Shown: positions 25,741 to 39,388, counted from the stretch's first letter. The stretch is DNA of 64,000 nucleotides from Camelus ferus (GCF_009834535.1 NC_045696.1:111292001-111356000), one strand, 5' to 3'. Made by a program: numbers and translations. Notes: a model not told the origin generated them from the letters alone.

Positions 25741-28545
25741 AAAACAAGAAAAAGAAAAAGTAAATCATGTGCAAAACATCCATTCATCACTCAATGACGT
25801 AAAACTATGTGGTCACGTTAAAAAGTCACAGGGCCAGAAAATAAGATGCGAGAACGTCATCATCACCTAACTTAGGCTTTAACTACAGAAGAGGGTCAGA
25901 CTCTCTCAAACATGCAGTAGTTCAGAGAAAATGGCTTTTATGATTCTTTTTTGAAAACCTTTTTGAAGACCAAAGGTCAATAAGAATAAATAACCAAAGA
26001 CAAAGAAACTATGATAAAATAAAAAGAATTGTGATAAAGTGAATTCATTTTCAGTTGAAGACTAGACAACTGAAAATTGTGGTTACAAAATAGAATTTGC
26101 TATGAAACTTCATGATGTAAAAACCATACCATAAATAACAGGAATCATATAGTTGATGGAGGAAGACAAGCATGGAAAAAAGGGATACTACTTTTCTTAT
26201 CTTTAAAAAGACAAGGATTCAATACTTAACAATCTAAAAATAATATGTGAGAATTAAAAATATTCATGTGTGCCGTGGTTTATTTTAAACTTTAGAGGAA
26301 AGTTTTGTTACTTCATTTCACTTATTTCATGGAAATAAATGAAGCCCAAGTCTTTTAATTTCAGTTTTATGTTTGTATTTTAACACAACACGACACAATC
26401 AAATTCATTGTTTTTTGTAATGAAATTAGAGAGTACGATCTCATACTTTGGAAAAATATTTCTGCGTACACTACAAACATTTTGGGAAAGTATATTTAAC
26501 CATACAAATAAGTAAGAAAAACATTTTGTTCAACTTTAGAAATAAGCAATAGATAAAAGTAAACAACGGCAAAGGAAAAGATTATTAATCTCTAATAAGC
26601 TATGCAAATATTTAAAGTAATTAATAGTCAGGTTAATGCGATTTTAAATGAGATGCCATTTTTATCTCTCAAATTAACTAGATTTACACACTTGCATATG
26701 CACGTGTGCATCCATGCGCATGCACACCCACACACACACACACACACATCATATTACACTTTATGGCCAGAAAGACGATACACAATACTTTAACATTTTC
26801 CTGGTAGCTATATATGTTATTAATAGAGTTTTTGGGAAAGCAGTTTAGTAATAGTTATATTTAATAACCATTAAATGTCCTTAAAATGTCCTATTCTTTG
26901 ATCCACATTTGTGCAAAACATATATTAAGAAAGTATAATAATTAGAGTAAAACATCTAGGTTTAAGAATTAAACAAGTGCTTTTGTAACAGAAAAAAAAG
27001 TAAAAATGTATTTTACTTTACCTTTGTTTAAGTGGATTGAAATGATAAACTTTATCTATTGTTTAGTGGCTGTAATCATCTATATATTTCAGTATTTAGT
27101 AAGAAAAACAAATTCAAAATGTTTGCTTTATTTATAAATGTGGTCATGTGTTCACATGTAATTTAACATTTTCTGCTTCACAAGGTTACAGCACAAAAGG
27201 TGGAAATGTTTCGTGTGATATTCAATTAAAACACTGGGGTCTTACTGCTATGGAAATGGTTAGTATCATCTTTGGTTTCAACAAACATACTGAAGTTTAA
27301 CTTGATTGATTCTCCTTGGCTCTGCCTGGATCTTGCAGCCACCCGTCCAGCAGAAAAATCAGAACTCAGTACTAGACACTCGATGTTTGTTTAACCAAAC
27401 AGAGCTTCTTGGGATGGGCAACTTTTACATTTGAAAATAACTGATTTGCAATCAACATTACTGTTTCTGCCTTGATATAATTACCCATTTCTCTCCCGTT
27501 TGCCACACAGCCACACGCAAGAGCTTTTCCCACATTATGCTAATCATTTCTAATTAGATCCTAAATTCCCAGATGTTCTTGGTTAGCAGCTCACTGATTG
27601 GTGTACTAACCTTTTATTTTTATGGGCATCTTTACATTTAAATCTACCATTTCCCAAGAAATGTTTTAATGGTTATATCTACAAAGGCTTTCTAATTTTT
27701 TTCTATCCTATGGTTTTAGAATACCCTTCTTCTACTTTGACTTTATGCCCTTCTGTAGGTCTTCATTTTTGATAAAGCAATATATAGTCTGATAACTCCT
27801 CTCTCCTTTGGGAAAAAAAAGAAACATGTAATTCCTGCATCTGTTCTCTAATTTATTTTCTGAGTTAATTATTCTTAAAGGAAACTCTCCTCTTTTTACA
27901 AGTTTCACTTTTTATAATTTTCATCAAAGATGCATTAAATGTCATTTAACTGTTTTGGTCAGACTTCAAAATAAATTTCTAGAACATATACCATTTCCAA
28001 AATCAAGTGATAAAAAGAACTGCAAAATTATTTTTAACAGGAAACAAGAAATAATAAAACTTCAATTTATGATGAGTTAAATTTGCAGAAATAAATAACA
28101 GTTTATTCTGAGATTATCAATACTGCCATAGTTGGAATAATGTCATTTATCATTTATCTTAATAAGATAGTTTCATGTGGACTTGAGAAAAAAAAAAGTG
28201 GGAATCTGAAAATCATAGCATGGAATAGCGTGGAAGAAATGTTCTGTTATTTTTGCATTATTTTCGGAGCAAGTAAAAGATTTATTTTCTCTAAACACAT
28301 TTCAATTATTTTAACTTTCACAAAAGAATATTTTTTTCTGTAAACCTGAGTATCTTAAGTCAAAAGAAAAATGTTTGTGTTTTGTAACAAATCAAATCCA
28401 AATTGTAGAACCAAGTATAGTTTCTGTAAACACAGCATAACATCTCCTGAAAGGTAAGAAATTTGAAGACCTGTCTCTTACTTGCAGCACATTTAATGAA
28501 ACTCTTTGGTACTCCAAAGGAAAAAGGCTATTTGCTAGTGGGCAC

Positions 28546-28976
28546 TGTAGTATGCCATTGGACCTTCAGGCACGACTGAACCACTGATTCTCCAGACTCA
28601 GTGAATTTTGGCTGCTGATGACGCACTTTTGGATTTCCTCTCCAAAAAGTGTCCTTGGCCGAAGAGAGTTGCTTTACCCAATCCCTTCCCCTGCCTTACT
28701 CAAAATTACAGCCCTTTCATGGAGGCAGTTCACATCAAATGACTAGTTGACTCAAGGGGTGGGAAGGCCTAGCCCTAGTCCTTTGATTTGAGATGGCTTG
28801 CAAAGGCCATTCCTGCTTCAGTGATCCCATGGGATGAGGAGAGGCCTTTGTTGCTACATGGCAGCCAGTCTTGTTTCTGTCCTCTCCCACAGTGCTGATC
28901 CAAGGTCACACACCAATAAACCCGATGCATGCTATTCTATCTCATCATCTATTTTCTGGGAATCTGGACCTAAGCC
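28546..28976 (+). mobile_element. LTR16-like (ERVL) solo LTR
   Basis: GGCTGCTGA...GGCCGAAGAGAGTTGC...ATGACTAGTTGA...AATAAAC...CTGGGAATCTGGACCTAAG. Confidence 0.7.
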
Positions 28977-28997
28977 CCATCTGTTCTGAGCCTAGCT

Positions 28998-30300
28998 GTT
29001 CATTCAGTCACTGAAGGCATACTTCAGGTATTCTGCTGGGTGTCAAGACAAATCAGCAAACAAAACCAATGTGGTTCCTACTTTCATAAAGCCTACTGAC
29101 TAGTGGGGTGAATGGACACTGATCAATCAAATACAAAATTGAGGGTATTTCTAGTTCTAACAGACAAACTTGACTCTGAAGAAGAGGGATTTAGAGTGTG
29201 TCACCTGAGCTGAGATTGGAAGGCTCAGTGAGAGTTAACAAATGGAGGAAGGAGAAGAGGGGAGGGGAGGAGCGTTTCTGTGGTAGACAGATAACGATCT
29301 TCCAAAGGTGTTCACATTCCAATCCTTGGAACCTGTAAATATGGTAATTTACATACCCAAAGGGACTTTGCAGATGTGATTATGTTAAGGATTTTGAGAT
29401 GGGAAAGAATCCTGGATTATTCATGCAGCTCCAATGTAATCAGAAGGGACTTCATCAGAGAGACGTATGAAAGTCAGAGTTAGTGAAGGAGATGTAATAA
29501 AGAAAACAAGGATTGACAAAGAAGGAGCTAGAACCAAGGAATGCAAATGGACTCTAGAAGCTGGAAAAGGCCAGGAAACAAATTCTCTCCCAGAGCCTCC
29601 GGAAGGAATGCAGTCCTGCTAATGCCTTGATTTTAGGACTACTGAAGTCCAGAAGAGTAAGATAATAATTTTGTATTATTGTAAGTCATTAAGTTTGTGG
29701 TTATTTGTCACAGCAGCAAACTAATACAATGCCAAGAAGAAAAATTAACATGCACTATGAGTTGGGAAGCTTTTGCGATGGTCAGTGAAAAAGACTGAAA
29801 AGTGTGAGGTTGAGGAAATGGCACTAGGTGGGCAGAAGTGAGCAGCACAAAGGAGGTAAAATCAACAGGGTAGAGTTTATAGGATAGGTTCAGAGAAGAA
29901 AGAGGATTCAAGTACAATTTTTAGTGCCAACTGAAGCCAAGATTTCTATTAGAAGGAAAAAGTCAGTAATTAGGATGCTGCAGAGATGTTAGATGAGGAC
30001 TGATGTGATGTCCATTGGATCAAGCAATACTAAGTCACTGGTAAGACATGGTTCCGTGGAGTGATTGGAATCACAGCCACAAAGTAGTCCATTGAGAAGG
30101 AGGACACCATTTAGAGAAGTTTGATGGTAAAGGATATGAAGACCCTGGTTGGAGATATGGGAGTAAAAGAGAACATTTTAAAAGATGGCTAAGATATGAG
30201 TATTGTTACATACTGATAAAGAGAATTCAGGTGAGAGAGTGAATTTGGATATAAATCAGAGGAAAAAAATGAAAAATGATAATTCTCTGGAGGGTGGGAT
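28998..30300 (-). mobile_element. L2 LINE remnants, interrupted by MLT1
   Basis: TTCATTCA head, GTTCCTACTTTCATAAAGCCTACTGACTAGTGGGG, TGAGCTGAGATTGGAAGG; later GATGCTGCAGAGA...CCATTGGAT...GTCACTGGT. Confidence 0.6.
29279..29728 (+). mobile_element. MLT1D-like MaLR solo LTR, near full length
   Basis: TGTGGTAG start, AAAGGGACTTTGCAGATGTGATT, CTCTAGAAGCTGGAAAAGGC, TAAGTTTGTGG...AACTAATACA end. Confidence 0.9.
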
Positions 30301-30779
30301 GGGACAGAAGCAGGGAAACTGATTCTATGTTAATACCAACAGCTATGAGTAGTCTAAATAAAGAGGTACCCATAACAAATTCCTTATATACATGAGCTAA
30401 ATTTTTAATAGATTAGTTCTGATGATTAAGTATTCTTAATTGTGTTATAATAGCCTGTGAGTTATCTCATTCCTAGCTCCAAAGCAAATTGTTCACATCC
30501 TATTCTGTGGGCGGGGTTTTATACTGGCCTTGTTTAAGATAGTCTGAGACAATATGAACAATTCCACTCAGAGTGATATGGGTGCCATCTGCCTACTTCA
30601 ATAGACCATAGACCTGTTGATAGTGGATACAGTAGGCAATTGGCTAATCTGTAAATATCAAGTGCAGTATAGATTAGCCATATGTTTTTTTACGTTAAAA
30701 AAAAATAAGTAAAGCATGCCTCCCTTAAGATACTGGCAAGTAACTGTGGAAGTAAATATCCTCATTCAAAGATAGCTAA

Positions 30780-31270
30780 ACTTAGGCAATAGCAAGTACT
30801 GGCTGGAGTGAAGACATGAACACTCTCACCTTGTACTGCTGGAAGGAGTATCAACTGGTACAACTACTCTAAAGGGCAACTTGGCGGGATCTAGTAAGAT
30901 TGAAGATGCCATATCATACACCCCAACAATTCCATTTTGGGGTGTATAATTTAAAGAAGGGGCCACACTTTAGAATAAAAGAACGTGTGCTAGGATGTTT
31001 TACACAATCAAAAATTCAAAATCACCTAAGTTAGTATCACTATGGAAATGGGTAAGTGAAGCATTTTAAATTCATACAAAAGTATACTATCAGTTAAAAG
31101 GAGTTACCTATGTAGCTATATATATTAATAAGAGTATATCTCAAAAAGATAAGTTAAAAAAGTAAATTATGGAAAATATACAATATGATGGCATTTGTGT
31201 AAATTTTTTTAAAACATGCACAATTTCATGCATTATTTATAGATAAATACTTGTAAATGTGTAAAAGCAT
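30780..31270 (+). mobile_element. Ancient L1ME-like 3' region
   Basis: ACTGCTGGAAGGAGTATCAACTGGTACAACTACTCT...CCCAACAATTCCATTTTGGGG. Confidence 0.65.
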
Positions 31271-31271
31271 A

Positions 31272-34200
31272 GGAAGTATTCAAGATGATGATGTAGGAAG
31301 ATTCTGAACTTATGTCCTGCTATGGACATAAAATGTCTGCAATAATATATGGAATAATTCCCTTAGAAAGGGATCTGAAAACTGGATGAACAGAGCTTCC
31401 ACAATAAAGGGTAAAAGGACAGCTTAGAAAGGGTAGGACAGACAGAGATAAAAGCTCACCAAGGAAGAATCCACATACCACCCACAGTGATCCACGATTA
31501 GGAGGAATCACAAAGGCCCAGATCTTTCCCCTGAGGAGTGAGTGATTCAAACTTCATATCTGGTACCCAAACACAAGGGGAGAGAGAGAGCAAAAGAAAG
31601 AAACAGAGAGGAAATACAAAAAAGCCAGAAAAGAATTAAGAAAAAAGCAGTAAGTACATAGCCATCAATAATTACTTTAAATGTAAATAGACTGAATCTG
31701 CCAATCAAAAGACAGAGAGTGGCTGAATGGATAAAAAATAACCATCTATATACTGCCTACAGAAGACTCACTGTCAAAGGAAAAAAACAAAACACAATGT
31801 CTGAAAGTAAAGGGGTGGAAAAAGATATTCCATGCAAATGGAATAAAAAGAAAGCTGGATTAGCTATATTTATATCAAACAAAATAGACTTTAAAACAAA
31901 GGCTATAATAAAAGACAATGACATTACATAATGATAATGGGGTCAAGCAGGCAAGAAGATACAACATTTACTAATGTATACGCACCCAATAGAGGAGCAC
32001 CAAGAGATATAAAACAAATATTAAGGGACTTAAAAGGATGACATTTAAAGCAATACAATAACTGTAGGGAACTTTAACACTCCACTTAACATCAATGAAT
32101 ATATCATCCAGACAGAACATTGATAAGAAAACTACAGAATTAAACAACACATTAGACCAAATGGACTTAATAGAAATATATAAAGCATTCCATCACAAAA
32201 CAGCAGAATGCATATCGTTCTCAAGGGCACATGGAACATTCTCCAGGATAGACCACATGTTAGGCCACAAAACAAGTCTCAATAAATTCAAGAATACTAA
32301 AATTATACCAAGCATCTTCTCTTACCATAATGGTATGAAACTAGAAATCAATCTCTAGAAAAAAAAACCAACACCAAAATACGGAGACTGAACAACATGC
32401 TACTGAACAACCAATGGATTATGAAAGAAATCAAAGAAGAAATTTAAAAATACCTGAGGTGGATGAAAACAGAAATAGAACATGCCAAAATCTATGGGAT
32501 GCAGCAAAAGTGGTTCTAAGAGAGGTCATGACAATACAGACCTAGCTCAGGAAACAAGAAAAATTTCGAATAAGCAATCTAACTTTACACCTAAAAAACT
32601 AGATTAAAAAGAACAAAGCCCAAACTTATTAGAAGGAAGGAAATAATAAAAATCAGAGTGGAAATAAATGAAAGAGAGACTAAAAAACAATAGAAAAGAT
32701 CAATGAAACTAAGAGCTGGTTCTTTGAAAAGACAAACAAAACTGACAAATCTTTAGCTACAGTGACAAAGCAAAAAAGAGATAGGACACAAATAAATAAA
32801 ATCGGAGGTGAAAAAGGAGAAGTTTCAACTGTTACTATAGAAAAGCAAAGATTCATAAGAGACTTCTAGGAACAATCATATGCCAACCTACTGGACAACA
32901 TAAAATAAATGGATAAACTCCTTGAAATGTATAAATTTCCAAGACTGAATCAAAGAAAAAGAAAACTAAATAGACTAATTGCTAGTAAGGAGATTAAAAC
33001 AGTAATCAAAAATCTCCCAATATACAAAAGCCCAGGATCGGATCATGTCACAGGTGAGCTCTATAAATCATTTAAAGAAGATTTAATACCTGTCTTTCTC
33101 AGACTCTTCCAAAAAATTGAAAATGAAGGAAACCATCCAAATACATTTTATGAAGCCAGTATTATTACCCTGATACAAATACCAGACAAGAAAACCACAC
33201 ACACAAAAAAATTACTTGTCAATATCTTTGATGGACATAAAAGCAAGATCTTCAACAAAATGTTAGCAAACCAAATCCAACAGTACATTAAAAGGATCAT
33301 GCACGATGATCAAGTAGGATTTATTCTGGGGAGGCAAGGATGGTTCAGTACCCACCAATCAATCAGTATGATACACCATATTAACAAATTGAATAAAAAG
33401 AATAAAAATCATATGCTCATCTTAATAGATGCAGAAAAAGTTTCAGACAAAATTCAACATTAATTTATGATTAAAAAAAAACTCTCAATAAAATGGGCGT
33501 AGATGGTATATATCCCCAAAAAACAAAGGCTGTATATTACAAACCCACAGTTAACATCATACTCAGTGGTGATAAGCTGAAAGTTTTTCCCCTAAAGTCA
33601 GGAACAAGGCAAGATTGCCTACTATTGCCACTTTTATTTAACATAGTATTAGAAGTTCTGGTCACAGCAATTAGGCAACAAAAAGAAATAAAAGTCATCC
33701 AAGTTGGAAAAGAAGAAGTAAAACTGCCACTTTTTTGTAGCTAACATGATACTATATCTAGAAAACCCTAAAGACTCCACCAAAAAAAAAAAAAATTATT
33801 AGAACTAATTAATGAATTCAACAAAGTTTCAGAATACAAAATCAAAATGAAGATGTTTGTGGCTTTTCTATACACTAGTAAATTATCAAAAAGAAAAATT
33901 CAGAAAACAGTCTCATTTACAATTGCATCAAAAAGAATAAAATATCTAAGAATAAACTTAGCCAAAGAGGTGAAAGATCAGTATAGTGAAAACTATAAGA
34001 CTGATTAAAGTAAGAAGATATAAGTAAATGGAAAGATATTTTGTGTTCATGCATTGGAGGAATTAATATTGTTAAAATGGCCATACTACCCAAACCAATC
34101 TACAAATTAAACATAATCCTTGTCAAAATTCCAATGGCAGATTTCAAAGAACCAGAACAAAAAATTCTAGAATTTGTCTGGAACCACAAAAGATTATGAA

Positions 34201-35068
34201 TAGTAAAAAAAAAAAAAAAAGAAAAAAAAAGAAAAAAACTTGAGAAAGAAGAACAAAGCAGGACCTATCTAGCTCCCTGATTTCAAACCATACTAAACTG
34301 CTGTACTGGCAGGAAGAAAAAAAAACAAACAAAACAGATTTATGGGACAGAATTGAGAGCCCAGAAATAAACTCACAAATATATGGACAATTAATTTACA
34401 ATGGAGAAACAAAGAACATAAAATGAAGAAAGGATAGTCTCTTCAATAAATTGTGATGGGAAAACTGGCCAGCCACTTGCAAAAGAATGAAACTAGATCA
34501 CTCTCTTCAAAAAATTAACCCAAAATGGATTAACGATTTAAATGTAAGAGCTGAAACCATATAATTTCTAGAAGAAAACATTGGCAGTAATGTCTTGATG
34601 TCAGTCTTAGCAATATTTTCGTGGATCTGACTCCAAAAGGAAGGGAAACAAAAGCAAAAATAAACAACTGGGACTACATCAAACTAAAACACTTCTGCAC
34701 AGCAAGGGAAACCATCATCAAAACAAAAAGTCAGCCTGCTAAATGGGAAAAGATATTTGCAAATCATATATCTCATAACAGGTTAATATCCAAAGTATAA
34801 ACAACTCATACAAGGGGACAGAGTATAGCTCAAGTGGTAGAGTGCATGGTTAGCATGTATGAGGTCCTGGGTTCAATCCCCATTAATACCTTTAAGAATG
34901 AATGAATGAATGAATGAATAAATAAATAAACCTAATTACCTCTACCCACCAAAAAACAAAAACAAACCAAAACAAAAAAGAACTCATACAACTCAACCAG
35001 AAAAAACGAACAATCTGAATAAAATATGTGCAAAGGATCTGAACAGACATTTTTCCAAAGAGAAAAGA
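31272..35068 (+). mobile_element. Decayed LINE-1: ~300 bp 5'UTR fused to ORF2 (endonuclease + reverse transcriptase), ORF1 absent, 3'-truncated
   Basis: 5' end CAAGATG..GTAGGAAGATTCTGAACT; ORF2 pieces [56 protein letters not shown]; many stops/frameshifts; start codon lost; FADD degenerated to V-A-N at ~33737-33745; stops at AACAGACATTTTTCCAAAGA. Confidence 0.95.
34814..34980 (+). mobile_element. tRNA-Ala-derived SINE (camelid Vic-1 type) inserted in the L1
   Basis: A box TAGCTCAAGTGG, B box GGTTCAATCC, (GAAT)n/(AAAT)n, AAACCTAATTACCTC, A-rich tail; TSD AACTCATACAA at 34803-34813 and 34981-34991. Confidence 0.92.
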
Positions 35069-35149
35069 AGAACGTGTAAGCTGGTCTGCGAGATTCCAGT
35101 AGACTGATGGAAGTCAACCAGGTGACCTGGGCAGACATCCTCCTCTGAG

Positions 35150-35345
35150 GGGTACTGGACTTGGAGTTGGAATTCTCTGGGCCCAGATCCAGCTCTGCCA
35201 TGCCGGCTGTGTGAGCTTAAGGATTTGCTGTGTGTATCCGATGCCTTGATTTTCTCTATAACAGGGCATGGGGGTGATTGAATGAGATAATGCATGTTAA
35301 ACCACCTAAGCATGCCTTGACTTGTGGTAGGTGCTTATCATGGGA
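35150..35345 (+). mobile_element. MIR SINE
   Basis: ATCCAGCTCTGCCA..GGCTGTGTGA...GATTGAATGAGATAATGCATGT...GTAGGTGCT. Confidence 0.7.
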
Positions 35346-35846
35346 GGAGGTGAAGGAAAACCTAGAGAAGTGGTCTCTTCTCAATCTCAACCCCCAAACA
35401 GCCACGATGTAATTGTTGGGATTTTTTTCAACACCTGACTTTTGGAAATTAAGATGGCAGATGTTTGCTGGGCCTGATAGTGATGTTCCCAGCATGTTCT
35501 TGTAAGTCAGAGAGGTCTCCAGACAATAAGTGTGTGGTAACCTTATCAAAGACAACCATTTAATTCTAATTTACAGTCTATTAATTCTACTCATGTGATG
35601 TTTGACATCATTTTACCAGTTTGAATCTTGAAGTCAGGTCAATAGATGTTACTTGCTATCATTATGATCATAAATCATACATATTTACAACATTCTCCAC
35701 AGTTGGATCCTCAAAGTCTCATTGAATTAAGTCAGAAAACATTTTCTCATGGTCTTGTATTATAAAAATTGAATAACTCCCTTAAAAGTAAATATTAACT
35801 CACATAATATGCACGAAGGGACGCTATACCATTTAGATAATGATAG

Positions 35847-36060
35847 CAGTGGGTGAGAAATTTCATCTGTAAAAGGTTAGATAGTAGATATTTTAGACTT
35901 CACAAGGCCACACTCTCTATGGCAACCTCCATCTCTGCTATTGAGGCTAAAATAACCACAGACAATTTATGAACAAATGAGAGTAGCTGTGTTCTAATAA
36001 AACTTTATTTACAAAAATAGGTGGTGGGATATATTTGGTCCATGATCCAGTTTGCCAAAA
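35847..36060. mobile_element. MER58A-like hAT DNA transposon
   Basis: TCTGTAAAAGG.TAGATAGTA.ATATTTTAG...GCTGTGTTCTAATAAAACTTTATTTACAAAA..AGGTGGTGGG. Confidence 0.85.
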
Positions 36061-36169
36061 ATAGGCTTTATGTAGGAGCTTCATAATTATGAAATGCTTT
36101 TCTTTTTTCATAGTTTGGTCCATCAGTTTAAGTCTTTCCACAGTAACTACTATTTTAAGAAAAGGATGC

Positions 36170-36400
36170 TGGTGGAAAGCCAGCTGGATGAGGAATCAGA
36201 ACCTAAGATTTTAATGAAAGCACTGGCCCATATCTACTGTATGACCATATTAAGTCACATAACCCCTGTGAGCTTCAGTTTTTTCATCTGTCACATGGCA
36301 ACGGTCCTCTGTGCTTCCACGGCTGGTGTAAGATTCCAATGAGATAAGGTATGTGATGATACACTGTAAACTATAAAGTATTAAGTACTTCCAAGCTAGC
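36170..36400 (+). mobile_element. MIR (MIRc/MIR3-like) SINE
   Basis: AAGTCACATAACCCCTGTGAGCTTCAGTTTTTTCATCTGT...AATGAGATAAGGTATGTGA. Confidence 0.75.
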
Positions 36401-37683
36401 ATTGATATATAACACAATGTCTTAGCATAGCAAGTGCCAATAATAGCCCATTAGACAGTAGCATTTTAAAAAGGAGAGATTCCTTATGACAACTTTATGC
36501 TAATCCCATACAAGACCTTAGGAATATTCTTCTGTACTCAGTGTCTTATGTTAACTCCCTTCCATGGCCCAGAGCAGGAACAAAACCAATATTATGGCAT
36601 CAATTACTCTAGGTTTCGCTAGCATCATTTTTCTGTTATTTCACCAGGAGAGATTCATTCCCTCCACTGTTCCCTAAATTTTAAAATCTTGTCTTTTGAA
36701 GCTAAACTGTTGCAGTTCTAATTTGCACAGAATGTGTAACTCTACTCATTACTCATTTTCTTTAGATGTTCTGGCTCATAAGTAGTCATAAAGCACTTTT
36801 CTAGAACACATATTTAAAACAAAGTTACATAGATTGCATATTGAGAAGGAATGCTCTATCCACATTGCATCTCTCCACTGGATTCTCTAAAGAGACTCTT
36901 TGAATGTCTCACATCTAATTTTTAATTTCCCATCACTGACTTGCAGTTTTTACAATAATAATAATAGCTATCAGGTTCAGATCCTAAGTGGCCAATGTAA
37001 GCTTTTCCTTAGAAAGACGAAGCCAAATGTCCTTTATATATATTTTTAATAGACATTCTGCTAATATAGCACCTGGAATCCATATTCCTACTACAAACAC
37101 ACTAGATTCACCAAATTTTTGTCTTGAAGATAAAATTAAGAATGATAACATTATTTCTGAGTTAAATACAAGACTTGCTGTTTGGGTGCAAAAAGAATTT
37201 ATTGGTAAAGTTTTAAACCAAGTTTTACAGAACTCTAATCAGAAAGGGACTGTTCAGCGTAAGTGTCCATCCCTCTCCCCAGATGCTCTCAACCAACAGT
37301 CCATTCATGGATTGGAAACCTGCCCGCTGGCTTGAAAAGTCATAAAACCACTGAGGAAAATTCAGGGTGATGACATTTACATTTTATTGGAATCAAGGAA
37401 AAGAAAAATGAAGGTAAAAGAGTGGTAAGGATATAAAGCTGGGGAAAAAAAGAATAGCTGATTGCGTGGATAGACTAGAACCAAGGCTTTTGTAAATTGC
37501 TATCATCTAGTGCATGAAAATTGTCCAAATGAAAATAGAGGCAGCGTATATGTTTAAAAAAAGGAAAGAAACAATGAAAAAAAAAGTATGTTCACCTTCA
37601 CGCATCTTATTTAGTGCTCTGACAAACAGCCAAAATTGCAGGGATGAAAGAGTTTCAAATTTCTCAAAGCAGTCCCCAAGAAT

Positions 37684-37737
37684 GAGAACAAAGTAGCTTA
37701 AAGAGAAATAGAGAACAAAGTAGCTTAAAGAGAAATA
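37684..37737. repeat. Perfect 27-bp tandem duplication
   Basis: GAGAACAAAGTAGCTTAAAGAGAAATA twice. Confidence 0.97.
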
Positions 37738-38910
37738 ATAACGGCACGCCTAAGAGAGTGATCTAAACTCTGCAGGAACGTTGCCTTGTATTTTGTGACT
37801 CCAATCATTAGGTTCCGAAGAATGTAGTTGGGGATTCAGTAAGGCCAAGGAAACAATTTGAAATAAATCTAAAGATAGATCATCTTTTGGTCCATCTTTA
37901 GACTTACCTTTTTAGATTTATCCGAATTTCTTAAATGCTTAGATTTTTGCTTGTTAAAGTCGTAAGTTTTTCCTTTCAGATGTCTGAAATGTTTGAGACT
38001 ATAGGCTATAAATAGTAAGCTGTAAGTATAGTTTGAAATGTTTAAGGGAATCTGTTTAACTAAGTGTATAAATAGGGTTAATTTTTGCCTAAATGGGATG
38101 TCTGAAGATTTTTACCCTTAAAATCTATAGATAAATTGATCATTAATAAAAAAAAAAACTGAAGTGTTCTTACAATTACATAAAACTACTAAATTTTTAA
38201 AAGTCAAATAGGTTTTTAAGGTGGCATTACAAACTAAGGAAAAACTAATAAGTTTGGAAATTAATTATATTAGTAGTTTAATTATGCATGAAAACAAATC
38301 ACAAATATGTATTGTACTCTTAACCACCTCTGCCAACAATTGGAAACCCTAACTGCCAATTCATTGGGAGCTTTGAAGGAAGAAAGGCATTTTTATGAAC
38401 TCCAACTATTCCACATGTCTTCAGCACATGTAATGAATGCTTATGCGTTAAGCACTGTGCTAGGTGCTCATGGAAAGGCTTAGAACAACACACCACATGT
38501 TCCTGCATGAATGCTCAGTAAGTGTTGGCCATTATTACAAATAGAAGACATCCTTGTGTGCTTATGTTTATATGTGTGTGTGTCTCTGAATGTCTACTTC
38601 CCAGAACATGTCCATTTCTTTCCATCATCAAGCTTTTAGGGAGAGAAGAAAGAAGATGGGAAATAGAAGAGATTTAAGATGCTCTCTTGTTAATTTACAA
38701 TAGATATGTGCACATATGCACCTGCACGAACACATGTGCAAAACTGGAGTGAGCCTAGAAACACTCCAGTCCTTTGGAGGGAAATCTGAAAACCAGTCTC
38801 CTCTGAAGTTACAGTGCAAGAATCAGAAGAGAGCGCTGCTTTGCCATAGTCTGACAAATTTTTTGATAGAAAAGGAAATGAAGATCTTGGGACTTGCTCA
38901 AAATGCCTAT

Positions 38911-39388
38911 TGAAGATAAACAAAACCAGACCCTAGTTAACATGGGCAAGAAAGATTTTAATCAGCAATAAATGTCACGGGGATGAGTCCAGCATGAACT
39001 GAATTCAGCTTCCGTTTGTTCAGAGGTGAATTGTCATTTTAAAAGAGAAAATGAGGGCACAGGGCGGGGCCCCAGCCAGAGCTCAGTAGAATCAGGGAGG
39101 TGAAAAATGACAAAGGGTTAATCAGTGTAAATGTGACACTGGTCACCTGTGCAGCTGGCAGTGACCAAACTTAGAATTCCATCCTCCCCCGAGCTGGGAG
39201 ACAGGTGTTGGCTGAAATAAACAGTAAATTTTTTGGCAGTCTTGAGTTTTCTCAGGTACTCACTATAAAGGGGGTAGGGATGTGGCCTTGAGCTGTTAGA
39301 AACTAGGTTGGTGTTTTGTTGAGGGCTAGCCAAGAAGAGGGCTCAGAGGAGCCTGGCTAAAGGTAGGTTGAGGACACAGTCTTTGTCA
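38911..39388 (-). mobile_element. MER31/MER67-like ERV1 solo LTR
   Basis: Minus strand starts TGACAAAGA...TTTAGCCAGGCTCCTCTGAG; has ATTAAA and GTTCA..CTGGACTC type 3' part; TG...CA ends. Confidence 0.7.

Larger units (their letters stand above)
23270..26000 (+). mobile_element. Ancient L1-ORF1/HAL1-like remnant, split by several younger L1 inserts
   Basis: A-rich; GCATATCCTTGATGAAATTTTTAAAC...AAAGAAT...GCAGAAAAAGCAACTCATCTA resembles the ORF1 RHILVKFLN..KERIL..RQKKQVTY segment; TCTCAAACATGCAGTAGTTCAGA near 25910. Confidence 0.4.

Noticed and set aside
31645..35068. Active or domesticated reverse transcriptase
   Set aside because: Start codon lost, many stops and frameshifts, catalytic FADD degenerated, SINE inserted, C-terminus missing.
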